Below, piece by piece: positions 50,509 through 64,000 of a DNA stretch of 64,000 nt. The notes below the pieces were generated by a model. It did not search any database and was not told where the DNA came from. It saw only the letters and a list, made by a program, of their open reading frames with translations. This DNA comes from Takakia lepidozioides (lineage: Eukaryota > Plantae > Bryophyta). Within the stretch, counting starts at the first letter, position 1. Every line of letters begins with the position of its first letter. The position numbers and the translations under genes were made by a program. Location of the stretch: positions 29,822,001 to 29,886,000 of the forward strand of contig CM060733.1 of assembly GCA_030704615.1 (NCBI GenBank), in the 5' to 3' direction.

Positions 50509-51781
50509 TCCTCACCACAAGCTACATGTTCAGTGAGCCTTAGGTATAATCTAACAAATAGAGAGGGCTACCAGTTACCACTTTATAGAGACCGGGTGAC
50601 TGACTATATGTCGAGTACAACTTCTGCAGGTGTTACCTGTACCTGATTCTGCGTGCAGCATATTACACGGATTATTCTCAGATTATTACGCATATCATCG
50701 TTATCAAAACGTCTGACCACATGCCAACTTCTTGACAGAACCGAGCTCAGAGACAACCAACTAAACCGGTCAGCTTTAGCAGTGGCGCGGTAAACAGACA
50801 CAGTAACGGCATTATACCAGCCCATTTTTGGCCCCGAGCCCGTTTAGTAGCGTGGCAGCTGGTGGGAAGACCAGCAGCATGGCAGCCCCCCACGGCAAAA
50901 CCCCCTTCCGGCTGGGCGCACGGCTGAGATGCGCGCCAGGCTGAGATGCATAAGTTGACTTGTGGGCCCTGCCACCTACCCAGCCACCCGTCAGCACATG
51001 TGAGCGACAATGCCCCCATAAGCCGTTGCCGTGGGGGGATGCGGGGGACGGTAACGGAATTTTAGATGGCGTGCGTGAAGATCGGGTTTGCGAGAGGGCC
51101 GACATTTTGAGGTGTGGGTAGGTGCTGCTGGGGACGCGGGAAGAGCCCCGGCAACGCCGGCCACGCCATTTTGAGGTTGGCACGTCAAAAATGACCGCTG
51201 CTGGTCTTACGGCAGTTTACTTTGCTTGGAAGCCCTTTAAGGAATAGTTTTAAAGTCCATCAAAGATAAAGCGCCATGGCCGTGTGGTGATAGCAGAGTT
51301 GGGACAGAGCAGAAAAGTAATAGTTGGGTTCTCGTGTGTCTCTTGTCCACCCCTTAGTATGGCATGGGTTCTGTGATATGAAAATGAGAATGGGGTTCTC
51401 GTTGTGTGAAGTGGATTGGACAACATAGAATTATTCACCTATATATAATCCTTGGGATTCAAGGCGACACGGCCTCCAATATCAGACCCATGGAGGAGAA
51501 GCAGAGTGGATGCATATGCACTAATATGTAGTTCTCCTTTTGAGCTTTATTTTGACAAGAAATTGTAATTATAAGACGAATGATGGTTGTCGTCAGCTGA
51601 ATGCTGAAGCTCGAACACCAAAATGGGGCTTGGCAAGGAAAGTGCAGAAGTTCTGGTAAGCCTGTTATAAGAACATCTATCGTTTGGATTCGGAAAAACA
51701 ATGCTGGCTGGAAATGATGTGGAATGAAATGAGCACTCCATAATCGAGGTAGTAGCATTTCACCATTTGTATAACAAATAA

Positions 51782-52263
51782 CTAGGGTAGCCTGTGCCGT
51801 TGGCCCAAGTGTCATCTAAGCCCAAGTGCAATCTCCTATGTATGCAAGTGCATCTCCTATGTCTAGGCCCAAAGTGCGACCTCTAGGGTAGCCTGTGCCG
51901 TTCCAATGTCATCTAAGTCCAAATGCATTTTTTTTCCACAGAGCCTACGACCAGATTTCCGGAGACCTTTCCCTTGATATCTCTCCTCTCGAGGCTCCAA
52001 CCATTGTCCCCGGAATTCACACTTTGCTATTTTTCGGGAATTTCAAGTGACCCAAAGTACTTGAAATTCCACATCTCCCACACCGCAGGTCCAAAAATCA
52101 TGAGACCAAGCCGTGCACCCCTCCTTGTCGAGGGCTTTCCAACGGTACCAAGCACCAAGGTTGGGGCCTCGCGGTTGGGGACATCTCAAATCTACAAAAC
52201 AAACAAAACAAAATAAATGCATGCAATTCATGCAAGTCCTGCCCTCTAGTAATTATGAATAGA
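51782..52263 (-). mobile_element. Non-autonomous Helitron-like element
   Basis: Minus strand A|TCTATTC ... GGCCAACGGCACAGGCTACCCTAG|T; shares modules with 54152-55827. Confidence 0.6.
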
Positions 52264-52648
52264 TAGTAAAAATCCAGAAGATCACACACTGTTTATTAAT
52301 AAATATCGCGGTAACAGGATTTGAGCCTTGAATCACCTGGGTGGCACGCAGGGTAATATCCTCATAAACATGCACAAGAAGTTGAACTCTAGACCTAAAG
52401 ACCATGAAACTGTTCATCCGGGGGATGTCATTCATTAGAAATATGGACAGAATATTCTGGTGGCAACTATCTCGATCAAATTGGAAGTGTAATTGAAGAA
52501 AAAAGAAAAAAAGAAAAAGTATCGGTGCTAAACAAGCCAAAGCAGCTCGCTTTGGTAGTCCTGCCTTGAGCCAAGCGATATTTGCAATACATGTGCCAAA
52601 GTTGGAATCAATATATGAAGCGAGACGTTTGTTGGCCTTGCCTTCTAA

Positions 52649-53494
52649 GTACAATCGTCAACATGGTATCAGAGCGTCCAGCTTGAAAATAGTTTCTTTT
52701 CTAATGAGCTATGTTCCTAGACTTGTGAATGAATGTCTTGAAAGTGAGCACTGCTCCTTTCTTCTTTTCTCTTTCCATAAAGTAAGTTTTTTGTTGTGAG
52801 CATTATTCTCCAAACTGAGTATCTGAGAGAATAGTCATCATAGTAGAAGCACAGGGGAGTCATGGTAGCATGTCAATTGGGGAAGCAAACAAGTTGGTTG
52901 GTATCAGTAACTACTACATATGGCAGCTGAAGATGAAAGCCATATTGAGGAGAGATGATGTATGGGATCTTACCGAGAACCTTATTCAGCCTACAAAATT
53001 TCCAGTAGTCGTGGTTGGAACGCAGTACTCTGAGTAGTAGATGAAAAAAACAAAGAATCTTGCTTTGTCATGCATCTATCAGTAGCAGATAGTCTACTAG
53101 GATTTGTGTCAACTTTCACCGATCCAGCACTAGCATGGGATGGCTTTGCATTGCAAGTTCGCATTTGGCAATCAGTCACATCTACTCATGCTGACGAACC
53201 AGCTTCATTTGCTCAAGATGCCAGAAAGAGGATCTATGGAAAAGTACATCAACAAAACAACAGAGCTGAAGAACAAGTTGATGTCCTTAGGAGAGAATGT
53301 CCCAGACAAGTCCATCTGTCAGCTCATACTCAAGGGTTTGCCAAGAAGTTATGAGGGTGTTGTTCAAACCCTGAGTAATCTAGACTGTACTTACATTCGA
53401 TCAGTTAACAGCCAAACTGTTAACCGAAGCAGCACACCAGGAGCGGCAAACATCTCAGCTAGGTGATGAAGAAGCCTTGGCAGCGCATTTCAAC
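52649..53494 (+). mobile_element. 5' fragment (PBS and gag) of the same Copia family as 37.7 kb
   Basis: High similarity to 37739-38587; PBS at 52664. Confidence 0.9.
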
Positions 53495-53589
53495 ATTCAA
53501 TCATGGGGGCTCACAGATCTTTACAGTACATCATATGTACAAATAATAAAGTACATAATATGTACAGTGTGCAGAACATCGTATAGCAT

Positions 53590-53778
53590 CATTGTTCTCG
53601 TATGTACACTTTTGCGGTTGAGCCTTCTTCTAACTCACTATCACTGTCTAGCACTGTGGCAGCGTAAATGTGGGCAACTGCGAGTATCCGGGAAAATGTG
53701 CAGGTTGGGTGATCCATTCCAGAAAAAGCCTCATCAAGCGGTCATGGATCCACTCGGGATTATTATTTTAGGTTAGCT
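53590..53778 (-). repeat. Internally deleted copy of the cassette family
   Basis: Reverse complement is homologous to 23934-24130. Confidence 0.7.
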
Positions 53779-54151
53779 TATGTACGCTCATCTTAATCAC
53801 AATTGGCCGGAGGCCTATATACCAGTACCAGTCTGGTGTGTTCAAAATACGATACCAGTCCAACACTGGTTTGTTCAAGAACTGGCATTCTAAGTTCACT
53901 TTAATTTTATTGCTATTACGTGGACATCAATGCCACAGGGTCTAAAATCCTCCTAATGTATAACTTGTCAAGGGGATTCATCATTCGACAAGAGGCACCA
54001 TGGCTCCGCCATCCTGCAGACGGTTTGGCATGAGCTATCTTATCTCTAGAGAGAGAAGACACTAGGCGCCCCTCTACTAATCCACTGTTCCTTTCAAGCT
54101 TGATCAGAGTGCTCAAGTTTAGCAGTACTATTTCTCATCCGTTCATGATAA

Positions 54152-55827
54152 CTAGGGTAGCCTGTGCCGTTGGCCCAAGTGTCAAGTGTCATTTAAGCCC
54201 AAGTGCAATCTCCTATGTCGAGGCCCAAAAGCGACCTCTAGGGTAGCCTCTGCCGTTGGGCCAAGGGTCCAATGTCATCTAAGTCCAAATGCATTTTTTT
54301 TCCACAGAATAGGTGGTTGTCGCCTCTCATTTTAGATTAATAGGGTAGCTTGTGCTGCTGGCCCAAGTGTCCAATGTCATCTAAGCCCAAGTGTAAGATC
54401 TTCTATGTATCCCAGTGCGTCCTTTATATCGAGGCCCAAGTGCAACCTCTAGGGTAGCATGTGCCTTTGGCCCATGTATGTGAAGAATTGGAATCTAAGC
54501 CCAAGTACAATTTCTTACGTATCCAAGTGGGTCTCCTATGTCGAGGCCCAAGTGCGACCTCTAGTGCAGCCTATGTCGTTGGCCCATGTGTAAAGAATTG
54601 AAATCTAAGCCCAAGTGCAATCTTCTATTCATGTATAGGCCCAAGTGTCTAGTGTCATCTAAGTCCAAGTGCAATCCCATATTTGATCATTTTTTTTTTT
54701 AGAGAGCCTACAACCAGATTTGAACCGGTGACCTTTCCCTTGATATCTCTCCCGTCGAGGCTCCAACCATTGTCCCATAAATGCCCACTTTGCCATTTTT
54801 GCTATTTTTTGTGAATTTCCAGCGACCAAAAGTACTTGGAATTCCACATCTCCCACACCACAGGTCCAAAAATCATGAGACCAAGCCCGTGCACCCCTCC
54901 TCGTCGAGGGCTTTCCAACGGTACCAAGCACCAGCGATGGGGCCTCGCGGTTGGGGACATCTCAACGTAACAAAACAAAACAAACGTCTGGCTTCATATA
55001 TTGACTAGGGTAGCCTCTGCCGTTGGCCCAAGTGTCTAGTGTCATCTAAGTCCAAGTGCAATCTGCTATGTATCAAAGTATGTCTCCTATGTTGAGCCGA
55101 AATGCAACCTCTAGGGTAGCTTGTGTCGTTGGCCCAAGTGTCCAAGTGTCCAGTGTCATCTAAGCCCAAGTGCAATCCCTTCTGTATCTAGAGACCCTCC
55201 TGTTTGGGAGATCTAGGCATGTGTTAAGAATTGAAATCTAAGTCCAAGTGCAATCCCCTATGTATTCAAGTAGCGTCTCTTATGTCAAGGCCCATGTGTG
55301 AAGAATTGAAATCAAAGCCCAAGTGCAATTTCTTATGTATCCAAGTGGCTCTCATATATCGAGGTCCATGTGCGACCTCTAGTGTAGCCTATGCCGTTGG
55401 TCCATGTGTGAAGAATATAAATCTAAGCCCAAGTGCAATCTTCTATTCATGTATCCAAGTGCATCTCCCATGTACAGGCCCAAATGTCCAGTGTCATCTA
55501 AGTCCAAGTGCAATCCCATATTTGATCATTTTTTTTTTTAGAGAGCCTACGACCAGATTTGAATTGGAGACCTTTGCCTTGATATCTCTCCCGTCGAGGC
55601 TCCAACCATTGTCCCCAGAATGCCCACTTTGCCATTTTTGCTATTTTTCGTGAATTTCCAGTGACCAAAAGTACTTGGAATTCGACATCTCCCACAACGC
55701 ATGTCCAAAAATCATGAGACCAAGCCAATGCACCCCTCATCGTCGAGGGCTTTCCAACGGTACCAAGCAGTGACAAAACAAAACAAAACAAAATAAAACA
55801 AACAAATCGTCTTAATTCATATATTGA
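54152..55827 (-). mobile_element. Head-to-tail dimer of non-autonomous Helitrons with internal tandem repeats and a tRNA-like module
   Basis: A|TC at 55828/55827; CTAG|TC junction at 55005/55004; CTAG|T at 54152/54151. A further 3' end lies at 55864-56030. Confidence 0.7.
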
Positions 55828-56454
55828 TGATGAGCTGGTTGCAGCTGCATGTGTAATAGGTAACTAGGGTAGCACGTGCCGTTGGCCCAAGTGTCCAGTG
55901 TCATCTAAGCCCAAGTGTAAGATCTTCTACGTATCCAAGCGCGTCCTCTATGTTGAGGCCTAAGTGCGACCTCCAGGTAGCATGTGCCTTTGGCCCATGT
56001 GTGTGAAGAATTGAAATCTAAGACCAAAACACTATTTTAATTAATTCTGGACTTTTGGCTTAAATCCGGACTAAACTTAATATATATTTGAATTAAAATT
56101 AATTGAAATATTAATAATATCATGGTGTAATGTGTGATTGAACATTGTGAAATTATGGGTGATGTCATACTGGTTTTAAAATGTGTCATATAAGAGGTCC
56201 ATTTGACATTGAAGTGCTCAATGTGCAGTAGTAGTATTGAACAATTCATTGAACGTCCACTTGGAAGTCGAATAATGTAATATTCCATTGCAAGATCACA
56301 ATAAACAAATGGGTTGGATCGAACATGGGCCAGACTCCTACATTACCATACTCGATACAACTTGCTAGTAATTTTATTGATTGAATCTTCATATCAAGCA
56401 CAATGTTCACATACCACGCCATTGGAATGAATCATGTTTTGGATGTGACAAGGG

Positions 56455-58380
56455 CAGTAAAATATTAGAATAGCATGAAACATTCGGAAGAGGTACTAGG
56501 GTAGTACAATAAGGTTTGGGGTGTAACTAGAGAGAAGTGCAATAAGGTTTGGGTTTATAGTAAGGGTAAGGGTTTAGGGTTTGGATTTAGGGTACAAAAG
56601 GACAAACAAATATGATAGACTCACACTCGGTAGAAATAAGAAATGGTTGAGGAATTTGATATCCCTGTAATCATTCTGTCATACCTTATCCAACAAAAGA
56701 AAATATTAAAAGAGCATGAAACATTGAGAAGAGGTAACATGGTAGTACAATAAGGTTTGGAGTGCAAATAGGGTAGTACACTAAAGTTATTGGTTTATGG
56801 TAAGATTAATGGCTTAGGGGTGATGGTAAAGGTAGGGTTTTCGGTTTGGGTTTAAGGTACAAATGGACAAACAAATATGGAAGACTCACACTCGCTAGAA
56901 CTTGGTGTATATTAGTAGGATAAAAAATAAAAATAAAAATGGAGAAACAAATATTATGGAAGAGTCATTGGGCCGGAAAAGTATTTAGATTGAGGATTCG
57001 TCCTTAAAACCTAGTATTAAGATACATATGGTTATGGTATGGATACTTCATTCCCATTTGTAGGGGAAGGGTAAGGGTTTAGACGTAACAATGGTGTAGG
57101 GTTTTGTTTAGGGTTTCCGACGAGGGTTTAGGGTTTGGGTTGAAGGCAGAAATGATGAGCATACATGCCGGAAGACTCGCACTCGCTACAACTTAGTGTG
57201 TGTTAGTAGGGTACAAAATGAGAATTTGGATGTAACAGTGAAGAGATTTTGATAACCATAATGGTTATGGTTATGGTATGGATAGTTGATTCCCATTTGC
57301 AAAGGCAAGGGTAAGGGTTTTGGGGTAATGGGTTAAGGGTAAATGTTTAGTGTTTTATAGTAAACCTGGTTTAAGGTAGGGATTTAGGGTTTTTGTTTAA
57401 GTTACAAAATAGACAAACACTTATGGAAGACTCCAATCGCTACAACTTAGTGTTGTTAATAGGATAGTAAGCAAAATAAAAATGAAGAACCTAATATTAT
57501 TGAAGTGTAGTCATTGCATCGGACAAGTATTTAAATGAAAGACTCGTCCTTGGAACCTCGTATTAAAATACATAGAAAGCAAAGTTCGATAAAAAAATGT
57601 ATGTCAATCCAAACCAAAGGCAAAACCTTTCGCAAAGTGAAGGGCGAAGAGATTTGAATAAGTATAATAGTTATGGTTATGGTATGGATACTTCATTCCC
57701 ATTTGTAGGGGAAGGGTAAAGGTTTAGACGTAACAATGGCGTAGGGTTTTGTTTAGGGTTTCCGACGAGGGTTTAGGGTTTGGGTTGAAGGTAGAAATGG
57801 TGAGCATACATGCCGGAAGACTCGCACTCGCTACAGCTTAGTGTGTGTTAATAGGGTACAAAATGAAAAATTGGATACATTGAAGAGATTTGGATAACCA
57901 AAGGTTATGGTTATGGTATGGATAGTTGATTCCCATTTGCAAAGGGAAGGGAAAGGGTTCTGGGATATTGGGTTAAAGGTAAATGTTTAGGGTTTTATAG
58001 TAAGGGTTTAGGGTAGGGGTTTAGGATTTTTGTTTAAGTTACAAAATAGACAAACACTTATGGAAACTCCAGTCGCTAGAACTTAGTGTTGTTAGTAGGG
58101 TACTAGTAAGCAAAATAAAAATGAAGAACCTAATATTATGGATAAGTATTTAAATGAAAAACTCGTCCTTGGAACCTGGTATTAAGATACAACATAGAAA
58201 GCAAATTGTAACATGCCTAAGTGCATGTCAATCCAAACAAAGGAAAAAGCTAGCGCAAATGTGAAGGGAGAAGACATTTCAATAACCGTAATGGTAATGG
58301 TTATGGCTATGGTTATGGTATGAATAGTTCATGGGCCATTTGCAGAAAATGGTAAGGGTTAGGGGTAATGCAAACATATA
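56455..58380. repeat. Hierarchical tandem repeat with telomere-like TTTAGGG motifs
   Basis: Block at 57029 repeated at 57674 (645-bp period); about 240-bp subunits at 56460 and 56701. Confidence 0.8.
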
Positions 58381-59169
58381 AAGCAACGTATAAAAAAGAT
58401 ATGTCAATCCTAAATCCTAAATTGCCAAAAAAAAAAGGAAAGTACACCCTATGAGATTTGGAAAGAAAATGGCGTTATATAACGACTTTGGGAAGCGCCT
58501 GGTTCTCATGGGAGAAAATGGATCCGAAGAAAATATGATAGAGGATAAAAAGTCAAACCACCAAATAAAAAATATGAGAAATAAAAATTGCTTAAAATTT
58601 GAACAACGGAAAATGACATATGAAAGTCCCTCTTAAACCAGGGCCAACGATAAGAAGTATGAAAATGAAATGAAATGAAAATTTGGGAAGAAAACCTCAG
58701 AGAAAAAACTTCACGACTGACAAATTGAAAAGTATGTCAACAACGATTGGGTAAGGCTCCTCCTAATACTTCAGTGGGAGAATTGGTTATGCGAAAAGCA
58801 AGTTCAATCTTTGAGAGAAGGATTGGAAATGGGCTATTTTCTTTCGTTGTTAAAAACCACTTTAACCGAATTTGAAGACTCCAGTGGTCGTGCCCGTCAT
58901 TTTTGTTCTTGTGATCTGTATGTTATCTCCCCCACAGGGTTTTCTTTGTTGACCAGAATGTACAGCAGGCCAGAATCCAGCATACCAGAAACAAAGGACG
59001 AGAACGTCCACTGGACATTCAAGGTTCAGTGCAACATAAGAAGATAACAAAAAGGATCCCCCAACGCAAACAAGAAGGGCCATATAGAGAAGAAAAAATT
59101 TATTTCTTAAATCGAAGTACTGGAGTTGACCTCAACAATTTGTCCTTGGTCTGGAACTCGCTCGCACGA

Positions 59170-62100
59170 CTCGCTTTCTGACTGACGATTAGCCTCCTCC
59201 AGATTAGCGCGCGCCTTCACTGGTTCGGCGGCAGTAATTCTCTTAGTGCTATTCCTTGTTGTATTTTTTCATGGAGGCATTGTCCACACAACATTGTTCA
59301 CGTGGATCCATTGAGGAGGATCTGACGAGTTACTCCCAAAATTTTGACCAACAGTCCCTGTACTTTTCCAAGTCTGTTGGGTTACCACCTTTTCTCAGTC
59401 TCCACCACTCCACCTTTACCTTCTTAAAATTAGGATCCTCCCTTTAGCGGATCATGTCAGATATTGTCACCCCCATCCAGACCGGGCACGTACTTGGGTC
59501 ATGAGGGCGAACGAGCACAAAAAACCCTTTCTCAATATCCTTGAACGGATTCAAGGGTATCTTTGGACGCTCACACCTCGGGCCATTGTAAGGTTTTGGG
59601 ATTTCATCCTCTTCTTCCACATCTGGCACTATCTGTGGATGGATTCCATCTCTGCGATGATTCGTGGACCAATTTGTTTTCGGCCAGAATCCCTCAAGCA
59701 GATGAGTACGCTCGGGAGTTTCTGGAATTGGCTTATCCAGGTCGGCGAGAATGTTTCCCCAGTACTCAGGGTCATATTGTTCCATTTGACCTCTGTAATG
59801 ATCGTCAAGCATCATTTCTTTCGTCCAAAAATCCCTATATTTTTTAATTCCATTCTTGATGAATGATTGTTTTTCGGAGGAGTCGTCCCCGACTCCCCAG
59901 ATAGGTCTCCTTGGAACGGCGTCTGGGTCTCATTCAGGGAGCTTGGGAGTCCTATCAGGATTGGACTTCCACATCTTCACGCTATTGTTTGTTGGAAACC
60001 AATCCGAATCAGTAGCTGACTTCTTGTACTTCATGACATCCTTAAATAAGCGGAAGACGTGCATCTCCGAAATCCCGATCAACGCCTCCTTTCCATCCAA
60101 AATACAGCCCTTTACAAAATTCTTGAAGTCGGGAACCTCCTGAATAATTTGTGGAATGAACTGCAGATCTTGCGAGATCATGAATGACCTCATCAAATCC
60201 GAAAGAATGTAGGTGTTTTGTTCCTTTAGCTTCTTCGAAAGGTAGCTGAAGAACCCGTCGATGTCCTCATAGGTGTATCCGACCATTAGAAACCCTAGCT
60301 GGATCTCTTCAAAAACATCTTTGGCGGTCAGGAGGGATAGAAAAGCAAGCATCCATTTGTTCTTATTGTCCTTCGCGGAGTTGTTGCAAGTACAGTCTTC
60401 TCGAAAGTGGACAAGCACCACGTTTGTCTTCCAGCCTGTAGGGTTTAAGAGCATCCAAACTCTCGATTTACCTCTTAAAAGTGATTCGAAAAACTCGTTT
60501 TGAAGTCGGTAATCGAAAATATTCTTGGACTCGCGACAGGTTGGCTTCTCCAGCTGGCGCAGGCAACGTGCCAAAGAACCAATTGTAAAGTTTGAATTTC
60601 CCTTCCAGAACTCAAGAGAATACTGACCGTAAGCTCCATCACCGTGTCCGTGCGTGACCATTCCCGTTAGTGAAACTGGAAGCTGACTCAATCCAGAAAT
60701 CATCTTGTTTGGAGTCTAGAGCCTTGGAATAGCTGTTTTCCTATGATCCATTTTGTCGTGAATAATACAGAGAAACTCCTCCAGAATCATAACAGACTCA
60801 TTCCTCCAGCTATGGTACAATCTTCTACACGACTCTTGGTGCCTCAAATATTTATCAAGCGCTCGTTTGTGTGTCACTTGTTCCGCACTTCTCTTGACAG
60901 ACTTTTTGATCAGGTCCTTTAACATCTCACACCCCGTGCGCTTCACAAATGTGCTCCAAGTTTTACGAACTCCACGTTAGGAAATATCCGACTCCGGATG
61001 CGGCTAACAGCCGACTGCGAGACTCCTTTCAACCCGAAAAGTCTGTTCATCTGTTACAATAAGGAAGGGTCAGGAAAGGAACGTCCACTGGACAGTGGAG
61101 GTTCATGAAACTAGAACCACAGTCGAAAGAGACAAATTCGAAGGGAGGGTCATCCACATTGATCATAAAAAACTTCCAGGAATGAAATTGAAGGATGGAG
61201 ATTTCATACCTCGTTGGACTCTTCTCGCATTCGCTTCCAGTTCATTTCAGGTGGTAAGACTCTCTAAATATCCCTCCTTCCCTCCCCAATGCATCCTGTC
61301 TTATGGGGCATGAGGTCAGTATTTCCGTTGATAATGGACATAATGTTACCCTCTGCCTGAAGCGTCTGTGGGCGTGGCCTCTTCACTCCACGGTTCCCAT
61401 GGAGACTTGACAACCAACCCTGTTTACTCAACTTTTTGTACTCTATGTATGTGGACCTGCCAATTCCATGAATTGTCCACCACACAGTCTCACAAACATA
61501 CGTATGCCTTGCGAGAGGTCCCTTCCAGCATGTGCGTTTTGAAACATTTAGCCCATGTTCTCTCCTCTCATCGAAAGTGGATCCCTAAACGAAGTACAGA
61601 TAGCCAAGGTTTTTCGCCAATCAAAATATTGACAGTAGTGAAGTCTACAGCAAGGTTTGCTGCTCACGGACCGGACTTCCTCCAGAGTAAGATTCTTCAT
61701 TCTTATTTTGGAGTGTTCCAAATATCGATCCTTCTTCTTCCTCGTAAAATGCCGATACGCCGCTTTCTTTACACCAGCCTCGTGATCTTTGTACAAGATA
61801 CTGTCAGAAGATCTAATAAAATTCTCCAAATCATTTGAGAGTAGTCTCCCACTTTGCAAAAGTCGTGTTTTTTTTAAAGGCCATTTTACAAGAGACATCA
61901 AAGATCCAGATCCTCCAGTAAGTATTCTGGTGACAAGAACTCCAACATCGTCCTCTCCCAGTTTGTCATTGAGGATCACCTCGTCCGGAATGCAAATCCT
62001 CCCCTCGAACAGTGTACCCCCATCATCACCCAACAGTACGCACTGCAAGTTTCTCCAGTTGTTTCTTCCAATTCCTCCGCTCGGATTCTCGGAACTCTTC

Positions 62101-62503
62101 AAGGGTCTGTGGTTTGATTTATCCTCGTCGACGTCAGAATTTTCGACAGTATACCTTGTCTCCGGCGTAAAATCAGGATTCATGTCATGCCTTCTTTGAT
62201 ACTCGTTATTTGAACTTCGCCAACATTCTATACCACCGGGGTCCCAATGGCCTCTTTCAAGGTGTCAGCATCCATATGTCCATAAGGAAGAGGACATAAT
62301 GAGTGTGCTTCATCACAGGAGATGAGAACCACTGAAATGGTTGAGGAAGATAATTGGTGTCCATGACAGGTCCCAACCCCGGAGACATTAAGGCAGTCCC
62401 CAGTTGCTACTGCAGATGAAGACCCGGGAAGAGTAAGAAACACTCTTTGACCTGTCTCTAAGCTCATGATCACCGGAACCTCCACTGCACACGCGAGGTT
62501 CAA
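59170..62503 (-). pseudogene. Sola-like DDE/D transposase, degenerate, probably intron-containing
   Basis: IHDKMD; NSAKDNKNKW; FLMVGYTYEDIDGFFS (GHTHEDID-type) in 59930-60946. Superfamily assignment from motif recall. Confidence 0.7.
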
Positions 62504-64000
62504 GAAACTGAAAACCCCTCCGTAACTACCTTACTCACAGAAGTTTTCAGTATGAGTTGAAGTTCTATTCAAAGATGAATCAATACAAAAAAAGAAAATA
62601 CCCTCGTGTAAGAACATTTCAGAGAAGTAGAATAGAAATGGAATTATTGTTTGGTCTGGAACATGTAATGTGAAGATGAAGTCTAATTATATAACCTCCA
62701 CTGTACAGTGGAGGTTGGATGAGATACAGATGAAAAAAATCGGACGGATGAATACTAGTGGATGAATATGGTTACGTGGATGAATAATTGTAATGACGGA
62801 TGAATGTGAGCATTGACGCGACTGTCTAGTGGAGGTCCACGACTTAAGGAATGACGAAATACAGAAATTGGAGAGATGGACAAATACAGTGAAATGATAA
62901 TATTGGACTGTAATTTCTAAACGTGCAGATGAGAAATAAGTAGATTTTCCTGTAGACTATCGAAAACACACAGATGTCATAACATTTCCTACGGAAGAAA
63001 ATGCAGTTCACACGAGAGATTATGGAAATTCAAAGAGGTACACCTGCGATGGCCACAGAGGTACGGGATGCTCAGAGAAGTGCACTATGGGCAGTGAGGT
63101 GGGAGATGACCAGAGAGGTGCGGGAAACACAATCTGCAAGTGAGAGGTATGGATATGGAAGTTTGAACAGTGTGCACTCAGACCTTATATAGAGGTGACA
63201 CCAGGTTGCCCGCTGGAACCCCTCCAATGGGATATTGCAATACATTGTCTCACGAATCGATTTCCAGCGCCGTGGATATCCGATATCGCCACAATCGAAC
63301 GGTTCTGGCGGGTGCAGGAGTGCACTCTTTGAGCGATTTCGGAAATGAGTGTCATTTACTAGTAGAACCCTATGTCACAATTATGATGCCAAAATGATAA
63401 CGGCCGATAACGGTGGTTCAATGGTTTCGTACTGGTGCTTATAAAGCAGTACGTATTTCGCATTCAATGTTGTCTTCGTGGATCAAGGCCTAACGCCGTT
63501 GATAAGCGTTTCATGAAATCGTGCGGCTATGACACTCGGCAAAGAATGCGGCGGGCGTAAATGAGTGAGAGAGGAAATATTCCACGCCTGCATCCGCCGA
63601 ATGTAGACATTGTCAGGAGCAATAATTCCAAGCGGCAAAACGCCGCAATAGGATCTGATTTGTACGATAAATCATTATCGTCATGTGTGGGGTGTGGGAA
63701 ATATCCCGCGGGGTTATAATTGTTGATCCAGTGCAAGGGATCATTAAAGTCATATTTTCTCATTCATTCATCATTTTTCTCATTTCATCTAATCATTCGT
63801 CAAATGGATGGATAGAATGGAAAAGATAAATTGGATGATATTTGCATGGATGTTGGATGGAACATGCACGACCGTTTGATTTTGAAAGGACGCGATGGTT
63901 CAAATCCTTTGCGACTGCACCATATAAGGGGTGCGCACGTTCAGCCCACCCTTTCGGCACTCCATTGTGTTCGCGGAAGCGCTGCGGAAGTGGTAAGAGA

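Overview
Eukaryotic, transposon-dense plant DNA, probably a non-seed land plant such as a moss (inference: Tcn1-like chromovirus, intronless plastid-type YLMG1, TTTAGGG motifs). Only one clearly intact host gene is present: YLMG1/YGGT at 49.6-50.5 kb on the minus strand, with an inverted pseudogene copy nearby. The rest is nested, mostly frameshifted elements: a chromoviral Ty3/Gypsy, three Ty1/Copia elements plus one 5' fragment, a Sola-like DDE transposon, a Crypton-like fragment, Helitrons, hAT MITE and tRNA-derived SINE-like repeats. Two things stand out. (1) An 11.2-kb Gypsy element (5799-17006) encodes a DNMT3-like cytosine methyltransferase between protease and RT and a PHD finger after integrase. 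It has split repeats A-internal-B-A-B, a self-complementary primer site and a 4-bp TSD. Its junctions fit integration of a circular cDNA opened at an internal GACA-GC-TGTC palindrome. (2) A family of short Helitron-like repeats (about 10 full or partial copies) carries a USE + TATA + structured 80-90 nt RNA + T5 cassette, i.e. a candidate unknown Pol III small-RNA gene family. All calls were made by eye, without database searches.
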